A DNA stretch of 64,000 bases, taken from Minisyncoccota bacterium (lineage in GTDB: Bacteria > Patescibacteriota > Minisyncoccia > JBAYJV01). A program made the translations under genes and the position numbers. Shown here piece by piece: positions 41,300-50,601 of the stretch (its first letter is position 1; every line of letters starts with the position of its first letter). The notes under the pieces were generated by a model that searched no databases, was not told where the DNA came from, and saw nothing but the letters and a program-made list of their open reading frames with translations. The stretch is from positions 26,998-90,997 of the forward strand of contig JBAYJV010000004.1 in the NCBI GenBank assembly GCA_041664925.1, read 5' to 3'.

Positions 41300-41760
41300 G
41301 GACCAGGCCTCATTATGAATAGATTCAATTCCAAACTTCTTTCAGTGTTATGAAACCTTCCTATGGACCGTAAAACTATGTATTTTATTGTTGTTGTCGG
41401 ACCAACGATGGTAATTGGCGAACTGCTTCCATTTGGTACAATAACATGAAATGAAGCGCCGTTATTAAGCTGTAAATAAGGCGGCGTTATGCCTGGACCC
41501 GGAATAAAACACCCTGTTGTTGTACAGGTATCAGGAATAATGCCCGTTTCCTGGTAAATATTATAAAGAGCTCTTTCAAGACCAGCATCCGCCGCAAAAA
41601 TAGCCATATTGGATGATTCTTCTAGTGAGCCAAATTGAATTTCTTTGAGCTGAACCTTAACTATTAAAACAGTAATGGTAAAAAGAAAACCCAAAAAAAT
41701 AATTGTTAAGAAAAGCGCAGCACCTTTGTTGTTTTTTCTTTGATTAATCTTTAATCTCAT
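41296..41760 (-). CDS. Hypothetical N-terminally anchored protein (possible minor pilin/PilX-like)
   Basis: 154 aa with a single N-terminal TM, at the distal end of the pilin gene run. No canonical G|FTL cleavage motif. Confidence 0.35.
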   Translation of the reverse strand: MRLKINQRKNNKGAALFLTIIFLGFLFTITVLIVKVQLKEIQFGSLEESSNMAIFAADAGLERALYNIYQETGIIPDTCTTTGCFIPGPGITPPYLQLNNGASFHVIVPNGSSSPITIVGPTTTIKYIVLRSIGRFHNTERSLELNLFIMRPGP

Positions 41761-42314
41761 GGACTAGCTTGACAGGCAGAGCTTAGATCAAGACATCTTT
41801 GGGAAATAGTTGTTTGAAAAACTAAACTTGTAAGTTCTCTATCTTTTGCTTTTGGTGGTTTAATTTTCAAAGACAAAGTAACTTGAGGTTGACGACCATC
41901 GGTTCCATTGTCTGATCCTTTAATGTTGAATGAAAAACCTTCTATAGTTACCGTTGAAGAGTCAAGAAAAGAATCGGTGTTTGAATTGTTGTCGATTCTT
42001 TCTACGATATGATTTTCCGAGGAAAGAAAATAGCTAACAATGCCACGGGTAGGATGTTCAAGCTCAATAATTGACGATGTTGTGGTTGCTAATGTTTTAA
42101 CAATACTTATACGCAAAGCCTTAGCGATGCGTTGAAAAATAAAACGCGCATTATCTAAAGCAACTTGATTGCTCGTCGACACTGCTTCAGCCCTGATGGC
42201 ATCCAAGGTAAGGTTGGCAACAATCAAAATCACAGTCGAAAAAATCATTAAAGCTACTAAAATTTCTATAAGAGTGAGCCCGTGATTATATTTAAGGTTT
42301 TTGAACATACTCAT
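41757..42314 (-). CDS. Prepilin-type N-terminal cleavage/methylation domain protein (pseudopilin/minor pilin); start adjusted to an internal Met
   Basis: 'MSMFKNLKYNHG|LTLIEILVALMIF' is a class-III signal peptide. The upstream in-frame extension in the ORF track is unlikely. Confidence 0.6.
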   Translation of the reverse strand: MSMFKNLKYNHGLTLIEILVALMIFSTVILIVANLTLDAIRAEAVSTSNQVALDNARFIFQRIAKALRISIVKTLATTTSSIIELEHPTRGIVSYFLSSENHIVERIDNNSNTDSFLDSSTVTIEGFSFNIKGSDNGTDGRQPQVTLSLKIKPPKAKDRELTSLVFQTTISQRCLDLSSACQASP

Positions 42315-42318
42315 TTTG

Positions 42319-42828
42319 TTAATAAAGATTGTAGATATAATTCTCTGCTCCAAAATTAAAGTCCTGTCCTCTTTCTTGCCAAGAAACCTCAACGTCAATC
42401 TTTACGCAATCGCTTGGATTCGGTATTTCGCTACACACACCCTGTCCTTGATCTATATTTATTTTTCTTTTAAATATTGTTCCTTCTCCTGACGCATACT
42501 GGTACCGATTATTAACCGGGTCAATTTTTAAATACTGATCAGAAACCGATAAAGATGTGCTATCTATATCCGCCTCACAACCAGAACAAGATCCACTATT
42601 AAGACTGTTTAAAACTTCTGCCCAACTGTACCCAGAGGCATATTGACTATCCCGAATATTTCTAACTATTTCTATGCCTTCTTGCGCTAAATTGGTAGCA
42701 ATTAATTGATTAACATTCGTTGTTGTCGTGGAAATGCTTTTTCTTAGTAAAGAAAACGTGCTAAAAAAACCAGTAGTTAATATTAAAATTGCAAAAAGTG
42801 TTTCAAGTAAAGTAAATCCTTTTTTCAT
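42319..42828 (-). CDS. Prepilin-type minor pilin/pseudopilin
   Basis: 'MKKG|FTLLETLFAILIL'. Confidence 0.65.
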   Translation of the reverse strand: MKKGFTLLETLFAILILTTGFFSTFSLLRKSISTTTTNVNQLIATNLAQEGIEIVRNIRDSQYASGYSWAEVLNSLNSGSCSGCEADIDSTSLSVSDQYLKIDPVNNRYQYASGEGTIFKRKINIDQGQGVCSEIPNPSDCVKIDVEVSWQERGQDFNFGAENYIYNLY

Positions 42829-42833
42829 GTAAA

Positions 42834-43463
42834 TTAATCAATGATTTCAATGTTTCCCCCCAAATAAACTCTCACTGTTTTGCGAAAATTAGCACAATTT
42901 TCCCTAAGACACAATACTATATCACTACTGGAGGCGATTTGATTATCGTGAACGCCGTTAAAATAAGTAAGTCCATCTGGTGGCTCAAAATAAATATCAG
43001 AAAAATTACTATCTATTTTTACCAAATGACTCTCTGTAAGACTAATGGTTTCGATAATTGTATCAGAACCATAACCACCAGAACCCCCATAAAGACGATC
43101 TATAGTTTGTCCCGTTGTAGTAGCAATACAATTTTGTCCCTGAGGAAGGGTTTCTTCTTTAAAGAAAATAAAACTCTCTTCGTTTCCGTTTTCGTGATGT
43201 ATTCCAAAGCCACAAGGCGCTGACGATCCTTCATCAACCCCGATAACAAATGAGTGATTTTGGGCATCGCGCAATACCAATAAAACTTCTCTGGCGGCCC
43301 TATTAAGCGCAGTTGCTCTTTGTGGCTTTTTTGAGCCTACCAATAATCCAGTCGTCAAAAGACCAATGATACTTATGACAACTAAAAGCTCTACAAGAGT
43401 GAAGCCTCTTTGAAGTCTGAAGTTTGAAGTCTGAAGTTTGAAGAATTTTTTAAAACTAGCCAT
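42834..43463 (-). CDS. Prepilin-type minor pilin/pseudopilin with an unusual repetitive leader
   Basis: 'MASFKKFFKLQTSNFRLQRG|FTLVELLVVISIIGLL'. The leader is encoded by a tandem ~14-bp repeat (43408-43446). Confidence 0.65.
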   Translation of the reverse strand: MASFKKFFKLQTSNFRLQRGFTLVELLVVISIIGLLTTGLLVGSKKPQRATALNRAAREVLLVLRDAQNHSFVIGVDEGSSAPCGFGIHHENGNEESFIFFKEETLPQGQNCIATTTGQTIDRLYGGSGGYGSDTIIETISLTESHLVKIDSNFSDIYFEPPDGLTYFNGVHDNQIASSSDIVLCLRENCANFRKTVRVYLGGNIEIID

Positions 43464-43487
43464 ATTTTTGATCCGAGACTCTTATAA

Positions 43488-44360
43488 TTAAACCAACATT
43501 AGTAGTATTGTGGCTACAACCAAGAACGGTCCAAATGGAACCATGGAATTCAATTTTTTCTTCTTAAATAATATTAAAATTATGCCAACCAAGGCGCCAA
43601 CAACGAAAGCAAAATAAAGAGCAATTAATAATTTTTCTCCCAAAACCAATCCCATGAAAAAGGCTAATTTCATATCCCCTATACCCATACCCTTTCCTCT
43701 GGTTAATAAAATAATAATACCAAAGAAAGCCAATCCAATTATAGCAAAGAGCAAATGATTTATAAAGTGAGAATTGCTAAGTGATAAATTAGAAATAGGA
43801 ACAAGTTTATTAAAAAATAAACTGATTCGCGAATCATTAGTAAATTGAAAATTGAAAATTGAAAATTGATTGATTAAAAGATAAAGTAAGCTTGCTATGC
43901 TTCCGATGATGATTAGGCTATCAGGAATAATATAGTGTTCAAGGTCTATAAAGAAAATCGCAATTAAGATTCCTATAATAATCCACGAATAAATCAAAAA
44001 AACAATTTCGTTAATCGTGAATCGTAAATCGTAAATCGTATTAAATTTAAAAAACACCGAGAGAAATAATAATCCCGTAAGTAGTTCTACGACAGGATAT
44101 CGCCATGAAATATTTTTCTTGCACTTAAAACATTTCCCACGCAAAAATAAAAAAGAAAAAAGTGGAATCAGTTCCCACCAAGAAAGTTTCTTTTTACATT
44201 TCGGACAAAAAGATCTCGTTTTTTTCGTAATACTAATATCTCTAGGAAGCCGATAAATTAAAACATTAAGAAAACTTCCGATGCAAATCCCAAAAGAGAA
44301 AATAAATGCATAAAGCAATATTTCCATATACTTTATTTTATCAAAAAAAACGAAAACCAT
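43488..44360 (-). CDS. pilD: Prepilin peptidase (A24 family)
   Basis: N-terminal Zn-finger 'CPKCKKKL...CFKCKK' and a polytopic membrane domain with 'GMGIGDMKL'. Length is 290 aa. Confidence 0.8.
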   Translation of the reverse strand: MVFVFFDKIKYMEILLYAFIFSFGICIGSFLNVLIYRLPRDISITKKTRSFCPKCKKKLSWWELIPLFSFLFLRGKCFKCKKNISWRYPVVELLTGLLFLSVFFKFNTIYDLRFTINEIVFLIYSWIIIGILIAIFFIDLEHYIIPDSLIIIGSIASLLYLLINQFSIFNFQFTNDSRISLFFNKLVPISNLSLSNSHFINHLLFAIIGLAFFGIIILLTRGKGMGIGDMKLAFFMGLVLGEKLLIALYFAFVVGALVGIILILFKKKKLNSMVPFGPFLVVATILLMLV

Positions 44361-44446
44361 AAAGGCTTATCGGAACCTTAAAGGCGCAATCCTTTTTAGC
44401 TCCTTAAGCCTTTATGGCAAAAAAATGTATCATTATAGTAACAATT

Positions 44447-44992
44447 TTATCTAGGAAAAACTCCTCTGTCGTAAATCGGAGCATCAGCTGAATCCGTTCC
44501 ATCAAAGTTTGTTGCTGCAGCAGATGAACCACAGTCGGGGCTTTGATCCCATAACCAGGTTACTGAGCTAGTTGCTTGAGTATTATCATCTACATCTTGA
44601 GTTAACATATCACTATCAGAATTTTCAAGTTTAGCACCAATATGGTAATACTGTCTTTGTTTTCCGGCTACAAGATCCGAATCAGACCCAACGGCATAGC
44701 AATAAGGATTGCCAGATGTTGGATCAGTTGGAAAGGCGCTCATATTAAGGAATCCTTCTGTGGCAAGGGCTGCAAGGCTTGAGGTCGGAGCATCTGGATA
44801 TTGCAAATGAGCAGCGTAATAAAGTTCAAGCGCTAACTCAATTTGGCGAACATCAGAAACGCGTCTTGCGTCTCTAGCTCTAGCACGAGCGCTTGTCAAA
44901 GAAACAGCAACGATTGTTGCCAAAAGACCGAGAATGGCAACTACGACCAAAAGTTCGATAAGAGTGAAACCTCTTTTGTTTTGTTTAATCAT
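44447..44992 (-). CDS. pilA: Type IV pilin (major pilin candidate)
   Basis: 'MIKQNKRG|FTLIELLVVVAILGLLATIVAV', a C-terminal Cys pair, a 181-aa protein and a monocistronic-looking gene with a long upstream region. Confidence 0.75.
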   Translation of the reverse strand: MIKQNKRGFTLIELLVVVAILGLLATIVAVSLTSARARARDARRVSDVRQIELALELYYAAHLQYPDAPTSSLAALATEGFLNMSAFPTDPTSGNPYCYAVGSDSDLVAGKQRQYYHIGAKLENSDSDMLTQDVDDNTQATSSVTWLWDQSPDCGSSAAATNFDGTDSADAPIYDRGVFPR

Positions 44993-45214
44993 TTTTTTAA
45001 AATTTTCAATAATCTCCGCATTTGCGCGGAAAGGTCGACCTTTTGTTATTCAAATTAAAACAACAACTAGTTGTTACCTAATTTTAACACTATTTAGCGT
45101 TAATTTAAAGTTGTAAATAACTAACTTATCCACAATACAATCTGCGTAAATTTGCTTTTCTTAAAAATGAATCTGTGTAAATCTGTTTGTGTATCTGTGC
45201 AAATCCGCATTGTC

Positions 45215-46426
45215 CTAAAACATTTCACTCATTTTGTATATGGGAATGATAATCGATGAAACCAAAAATGCCACACCAAGCGCCATAATAATAATCAAAA
45301 ATGGTTCTATAAGCTTACTAATATTGTCAATAACCGCGTCAACTTCTTTCTTATAAAAACTCGCCAATTTATCCAACATATTATCTATGTTTCCTGATTT
45401 TTCGCCAACTTTCACCATTTCCGTGAACATTGGAGGAAATTCTTTGTAAATCATAAAAACTGAGCTCATGTTTTTTCCTCCTCTTACTTCTTCTTTTGTT
45501 TCCAAAATAATATCTCTATAAACGCTATTGCCAATAACACTGGCTGTCACCTCTAGAGATCTTAATATTGATATGCCTCCACGAAGCAAGGTTTTTAGAT
45601 TATCTGCAATTCTATTCAAATAAAAATGCTTCAATATTGTTCCAAAAACGGGAATTTTTAAAACGATTCTACCAATGATATTAATCCCCTGAGGAGTATG
45701 GATCCAATACCAAAAACCATAACCAGCGCCTCCAATTAAAATAATTGCTATATACCAAAATTTTTGTAAAAAATCACTTAACCCTATTAAAAGTTTCGTC
45801 GTCATTGGTAACTCAACCTTTGCTTCAACAAGCATTGCCGTAATTTGAGGAACAATCTTCACCATGGCAAAAATACCAATTATAACCATAAATACCATCA
45901 ACAAAGCAGGATACATCATCGCTCCCTTCACTTTACTGGTTGTTTCATGTCTCTTTTCTTCATAATCGGCCAGATAAATTAATGTTTTTTCCAGAGTACC
46001 TGAGACCTCAGAAGAACGAATAAGATTCATGTAGAAATCAGAAAATATTTTAGGATATTTGCTCATCGCTTTCGAAAGAGATGATCCGCCTTCAACATCC
46101 TGAGCCACCACCGCGAGAATATCTCTAAAACTTGGGTTTGTTGTTTGGCGTGCCAATGATTTAAGAGCTTCAACCAAAGAAACTTTTCCTTCCACCAAAG
46201 TTGCCAGTTCTCGCGAAAAAACAACCAAGTCTTTTTGCTTAATTCTATTGAGAAAAGCAATATTAACTCTTTTTTTATAGATAGGTATATCGTCTTCAGC
46301 AACCAAAGAAAAAACTATTAGGCTGTAGTTTTGCAATGTCTTAATCGCCTCTTCTTTTGTTTCTGCTTCAACAATTCCTTCTTGGACGATTTTTTCAGAA
46401 TTTTGCGCTTTATATCTAAATTTCAT
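45215..46426 (-). CDS. pilC: Type IV pilus assembly platform protein PilC (GspF family)
   Basis: A 403-aa polytopic protein with duplicated GspF-like halves. Confidence 0.8.
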   Translation of the reverse strand: MKFRYKAQNSEKIVQEGIVEAETKEEAIKTLQNYSLIVFSLVAEDDIPIYKKRVNIAFLNRIKQKDLVVFSRELATLVEGKVSLVEALKSLARQTTNPSFRDILAVVAQDVEGGSSLSKAMSKYPKIFSDFYMNLIRSSEVSGTLEKTLIYLADYEEKRHETTSKVKGAMMYPALLMVFMVIIGIFAMVKIVPQITAMLVEAKVELPMTTKLLIGLSDFLQKFWYIAIILIGGAGYGFWYWIHTPQGINIIGRIVLKIPVFGTILKHFYLNRIADNLKTLLRGGISILRSLEVTASVIGNSVYRDIILETKEEVRGGKNMSSVFMIYKEFPPMFTEMVKVGEKSGNIDNMLDKLASFYKKEVDAVIDNISKLIEPFLIIIMALGVAFLVSSIIIPIYKMSEMF

Positions 46427-47497
46427 TTAAATCATGAGTCTAAGCTCATTAGGATTAGAACTAAAAGTCATCGCGCTATCCATAGAGATAATCTCTCTTT
46501 TAACTAAATCTGCCAGCGAATAATTAAGGGAATTCATTCCCTCCTCAGAACTTGTTTCAATAATTGATGGCAATTGATAGATTTTATTTTCTCTAATAAT
46601 ATTACGAACAGCACTATTGGCTATTAAAAGTTCGATTGCATTAATTACTCCTCCGCCAATTCTTGGCACTAAGCGTCGTGACAAAATCCCCAATAAAGTA
46701 CTGGATAGTTGGTAACGTACTTGATTTTGTTGATGTGGCGGAAAAGAATCTACTATTCTATCAATTGTTTGAGCAGCATCGTTGGTGTGAAGTGTTGCGA
46801 AAACTAAATGACCAGTTTCAGCTGCCGTTAAGGCCGCAGAGATTGTTTCTGGATCTCTCATTTCTCCAACCATAATAACATCAGGATCCTGACGCAGAGC
46901 CGATCTGAGTGCTCTACTCATTGAATTTGTATCACGATAAAGCTCTCTTTGGTCAATAATACATTTTTGTTGATCAAAAATATATTCAATAGGATCCTCT
47001 ATAGTAATAACATGGTCGCTTCTTTTTTCGTTAATTTCATCGATCATAGCTGCCATTGCTGTGGTTTTTCCGTTACCAGACGGACCAACCACTAAAAAAA
47101 ATCCTTGATTAATAAGGCAGAACTTTTTTAAAATTGCTGGCAATTCCAGTTCTTCAATGCTACGGATTTTGTTGGGAATTAAGCGCATAGCAGCAGAAAC
47201 ATAGCCTTTCTGAAAATAAACATTAGTACGAAATCTAGTATTTTTTTTAAATGTATAAGAAAAATCTATTTCTTTCTCCTTTTCGAAACGAGCTTCGTCT
47301 TCTGGACTTAAAAAACTATAAACCAGTAATTTTGCCTTTTCCGCAGTGAGAATCTCTTGTCCTTCTATAGGAACCAAGCGCCCATCCACCCTCATGCTTG
47401 GCGGACGACCTTCAGAAATATGAAGATCTGTTGCTTCATTTTTTATAACAATTTCCAAAAGTTCTTCTATTTGTTTTTCCGCATTTAAATCAAGCAT
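46427..47497 (-). CDS. pilT: Twitching motility / pilus retraction ATPase PilT
   Basis: Walker A 'GPSGNGKTT', 'DPIEY', 'MVGEMRDPETI' and His box 'GHLVFATLHT'. Length is 356 aa. Confidence 0.85.
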   Translation of the reverse strand: MLDLNAEKQIEELLEIVIKNEATDLHISEGRPPSMRVDGRLVPIEGQEILTAEKAKLLVYSFLSPEDEARFEKEKEIDFSYTFKKNTRFRTNVYFQKGYVSAAMRLIPNKIRSIEELELPAILKKFCLINQGFFLVVGPSGNGKTTAMAAMIDEINEKRSDHVITIEDPIEYIFDQQKCIIDQRELYRDTNSMSRALRSALRQDPDVIMVGEMRDPETISAALTAAETGHLVFATLHTNDAAQTIDRIVDSFPPHQQNQVRYQLSSTLLGILSRRLVPRIGGGVINAIELLIANSAVRNIIRENKIYQLPSIIETSSEEGMNSLNYSLADLVKREIISMDSAMTFSSNPNELRLMI

Positions 47498-47567
47498 TTT
47501 TAAGACCAGGCACTAAAACCAGATACTAGATAACAAATCTAGAAACTGGAAATCAGTGACCAGAAAA

Positions 47568-47930
47568 TTAATTTATTATTTTTTTTACTCTATCTACTAC
47601 TTCCTGGGGAGTAAATTGTGCCTTAACAAGATAATCTACCGCTCCCAATTTTAACCCTTTTTCAATATCTTCTTTTTGCCCAAGATTAGTAAGTAAAACT
47701 ACGGGTATATCGCTTAATTTTTTATCTTTTTTAATTTCCTCAAGTACCTCAAGACCATTTCTTATCGGCATTTTTATGTCAAGAAGGATTATATCTGGCC
47801 TGATTTTTTTTATTTTCCGTAAACCCTCTTCTCCGTTATAGGCCGCGTCAATGTCATAACCAAGCCTAGAAAATTTCGTCACATACATATCAGATAAGAA
47901 AATATCATCTTCGACCAAAAGAATTTTCAT
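47568..47930 (-). CDS. Single-domain response regulator receiver (CheY/PilH-like)
   Basis: 'MKILLVEDD...DIILLDIKMP' with the conserved Asp and Lys. Length is 120 aa. Confidence 0.8.
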   Translation of the reverse strand: MKILLVEDDIFLSDMYVTKFSRLGYDIDAAYNGEEGLRKIKKIRPDIILLDIKMPIRNGLEVLEEIKKDKKLSDIPVVLLTNLGQKEDIEKGLKLGAVDYLVKAQFTPQEVVDRVKKIIN

Positions 47931-47934
47931 GGTT

Positions 47935-49668
47935 TTACTCTTTGGTTATACGCAAAACTTCTTCAAAAGAAATCTGCCCTCTGAGCGTTTTAAGAATTGC
48001 GTCTTGGAACATTGTTGTCATTCCTTGTCTTTTTGCCTCATCTCTAAACTTACTATCAGCTGCATCAGTGACAATAATATCTTCAAGTTGTGGCGTCATT
48101 TCTATAATTTCAAAGATGCCTATTCTCCCTTTTGATCCTTTATTTTGGCAGTATTTACACCCAGGAGCACGAAATAATTTATATGGTCCTTTCTCGTTTA
48201 TACCTTCTTTTTCTGACTTGGGAATTTCCAATAGAGTTCGTTTTATAATTTCTTGGATTTCCTCTGATGGTTCGTATTCCTCTCTACAATCCTGACAGAG
48301 TCTCCTTCCCAATCTCTGAGCAACTCCCAATGAAAGAGTTGATGGCAATAGGTATTTCTGAACACCCATGTCGGTCAAGCGTGGTACAATACCAACAGCA
48401 TCTTTAGTGTGAACAGTCGACAATAAGAGATGACCAGTAAGGGCAGCATGTGTCGCTAATTCAGCAGTCTCTGGGTCACGAATTTCACCAACCATGATAA
48501 TGTTGGGATCTTGTCTCAAAATATGTCTTAATCCTGAAGAAAAAGTATATCCGATATCAGGTTTTACCTGGGATTGATTTACGCCCTCTATGAAATACTC
48601 TATAGGATCTTCTAGGCTTATAATATTCACCCCTTCCTGATTTAAAATATTAAGAATTGTGTAAAGCGTGGTTGTTTTGCCAGAACCAGTTGGTCCTGAA
48701 GATAAGATCATTCCATACGGACTATTCATAGCCTTTTCCACCACCCTGAGATTTCTTCCGACCAGTCCCAATCCATCAAGACTATAAATGCCAACCGTCG
48801 GATCTAAAATTCTTAGAACAACTTTTTCTCCATTAGCTGTTGGAAGAGTTGATACGCGAAAATCAATTTTCTTATCATCTAATTTTACGTGAAAACGACC
48901 ATCTTGCGGAATTCTTGTTTCGTCAATTTTGAGGCGACATAAAATTTTTATACGCGTGATTATTGATTGATGGACTTCTTTTTCAAGATATAAACTTGTA
49001 TGCAAAACGCCATCCACGCGAAAACGAATTTTAACAGAATTTTCTAAAGCCTCGATGTGAATATCAGAAGCTTTTGTTTCCACTCCATACCTAATAATAA
49101 CTCCAACAATTTTACTAATCGGTGCCTCAGCCGCCAAAGGCTCTGCTGTTACAACTCTCCGTCTCGTTGGAATTTTTTCGGCAGCAGTTTGAATTTCGAG
49201 CTCTTTTAGTGCCTCTTCTACTCGTCCTTTTATGTTTTGGTACTGTCTTAGAACAGTGTCAAAACTTGCCTTACTTATAAGATAGTTTTCAATTTTAATA
49301 TTGCGCCTTGTGCCAATAAACCTTAAAACCTCCAAAGCTTCGTGATCTTCTGGATTGATTAACCCTACTTTCAAAATATTTCCTTCTCTTGCAAAAGGAA
49401 CAAATCTGTACTGCCTAACGGTTTCTTCGGAAAATTCCTTAAGGATTTTTTCATCGATATTAATCCTCTCTAAATTCATATACGACAAATCTAAAACCTC
49501 AGCTTCTGCAATCAACCACTCTTCTTCACTAATCAGATTTTTCTTGATTAGATATTCAGAAAGCGGCTTGTTGAGCTTTTTTGCTTTATCTAAGTGATCT
49601 AGAGTATCCTCTTTTTTAAAAATGCCCTTTTTGGTGAGTATTTGGGCAATTTCCTGATCGTGATTCAT
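47935..49668 (-). CDS. pilB: Type IV pilus assembly ATPase PilB (GspE family)
   Basis: Walker A 'GPTGSGKTTT', 'MVGEIRDPETA', tetracysteine 'CQDC...CKYC' and an N-terminal GSPII domain. Confidence 0.85.
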   Translation of the reverse strand: MNHDQEIAQILTKKGIFKKEDTLDHLDKAKKLNKPLSEYLIKKNLISEEEWLIAEAEVLDLSYMNLERINIDEKILKEFSEETVRQYRFVPFAREGNILKVGLINPEDHEALEVLRFIGTRRNIKIENYLISKASFDTVLRQYQNIKGRVEEALKELEIQTAAEKIPTRRRVVTAEPLAAEAPISKIVGVIIRYGVETKASDIHIEALENSVKIRFRVDGVLHTSLYLEKEVHQSIITRIKILCRLKIDETRIPQDGRFHVKLDDKKIDFRVSTLPTANGEKVVLRILDPTVGIYSLDGLGLVGRNLRVVEKAMNSPYGMILSSGPTGSGKTTTLYTILNILNQEGVNIISLEDPIEYFIEGVNQSQVKPDIGYTFSSGLRHILRQDPNIIMVGEIRDPETAELATHAALTGHLLLSTVHTKDAVGIVPRLTDMGVQKYLLPSTLSLGVAQRLGRRLCQDCREEYEPSEEIQEIIKRTLLEIPKSEKEGINEKGPYKLFRAPGCKYCQNKGSKGRIGIFEIIEMTPQLEDIIVTDAADSKFRDEAKRQGMTTMFQDAILKTLRGQISFEEVLRITKE

Positions 49669-49676
49669 ATTTAAAT

Positions 49677-49949
49677 CTATTCGTATGGTTCAAATGGATT
49701 TTCTCGCCCCGGAAATCTCGGCTCTATAGGGTATTTACCATATCTGGCTAACCCCTGGAAAAAGTCTGACTTTAAAACACCTAGTTCCAGTTTATACTCT
49801 GTTGGAATATTGTTTTTAGAAAGATTTTCGTCTAAATTTTTATCTTTAAAAACTTTCAAATAAATAAAAATTGATATTACTAAAACTAGAACTAGTATCA
49901 TTACAACTGCTATGTATAGATTTTTTTTATTTTCAAAAAATTGAGACAT
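49677..49949 (-). CDS. Small membrane protein (hypothetical, in the pil operon)
   Basis: 90 aa with a single TM. Confidence 0.35.
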   Translation of the reverse strand: MSQFFENKKNLYIAVVMILVLVLVISIFIYLKVFKDKNLDENLSKNNIPTEYKLELGVLKSDFFQGLARYGKYPIEPRFPGRENPFEPYE

Positions 49950-49963
49950 CTTTCTTGTGTTAG

Positions 49964-50052
49964 TAATAAGATTACTTTTACTAGCGTAATAAGATTACTT
50001 TTACTAGCGTAATAAGATTACTTTTACTAGCGTAATAAGATTACTTTTACTA
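49964..50052. repeat. About 4 tandem copies of a 23-bp unit (taataagattacttttactagcg)
   Basis: Exact tandem repeats in the pilO/small-ORF intergenic region. Confidence 0.85.
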
Positions 50053-50601
50053 GTAATAATATGTGACAATGTTTATATTAAAATCGTAAATTGTCTGACC
50101 ATTAATTTTTTCGGCGTTTTGACTGGGAGAAGAAAAGGAGATGTTGGTTATGTCCATTAATCTGAGATCGTTTTGACTTAGCAACATTAAATTTTTAAGA
50201 GTTTCGTATGTTCCTTTGGTTCTAAGGTTTATAGAAACCTTACTGACTCCAGCTTGATCGCCAACTCCACCTACGTTATTGTTGCTAGGAGTTATATTAA
50301 CCCCTTTCAAAATCATGCCGCTTTTTGTCACAAGCGCTTCAGTTTCCACCATAAGCTCTTCGGTCATTGGCTCAACCGGCAATATTGTCTTCATTTTTTC
50401 TTTTTCTTCCGTTAATGTTTTGAGTTGTATTTCGTATGAATTAATTCTGTCAATTTCTTTTTCTTTAGATGCTAGTAATTCTTTTTGTCTAGTTATTTCT
50501 GCTTTTGATATTTTTATATCGCTAAATATCGGCGCAATAAAAAAGTACCAAACAGTTACAAAAACAACAAATAAGAAAAATATTAAAAGTTTAGGTTTCA
50601 T
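50050..50601 (-). CDS. PilO-like pilus assembly protein (start adjusted)
   Basis: A single N-terminal TM, a coiled-coil region and a C-terminal domain. It lies downstream of pilN/pilM. Confidence 0.5.
   Translation of the reverse strand: MKPKLLIFFLFVVFVTVWYFFIAPIFSDIKISKAEITRQKELLASKEKEIDRINSYEIQLKTLTEEKEKMKTILPVEPMTEELMVETEALVTKSGMILKGVNITPSNNNVGGVGDQAGVSKVSINLRTKGTYETLKNLMLLSQNDLRLMDITNISFSSPSQNAEKINGQTIYDFNINIVTYYY

Noticed and set aside
41757-42398. Full 213-aa extent of the pseudopilin ORF (and similarly 50050-50676 and 54514-55050)
   Set aside because: The N-terminal extensions lack function and overlap upstream genes. Internal Met starts give canonical prepilin leader or TM starts, so the starts were trimmed.
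49964-50052. CRISPR array
   Set aside because: The repeats are contiguous with no spacers, only about 4 units, and no cas genes are nearby. It is a simple tandem repeat.
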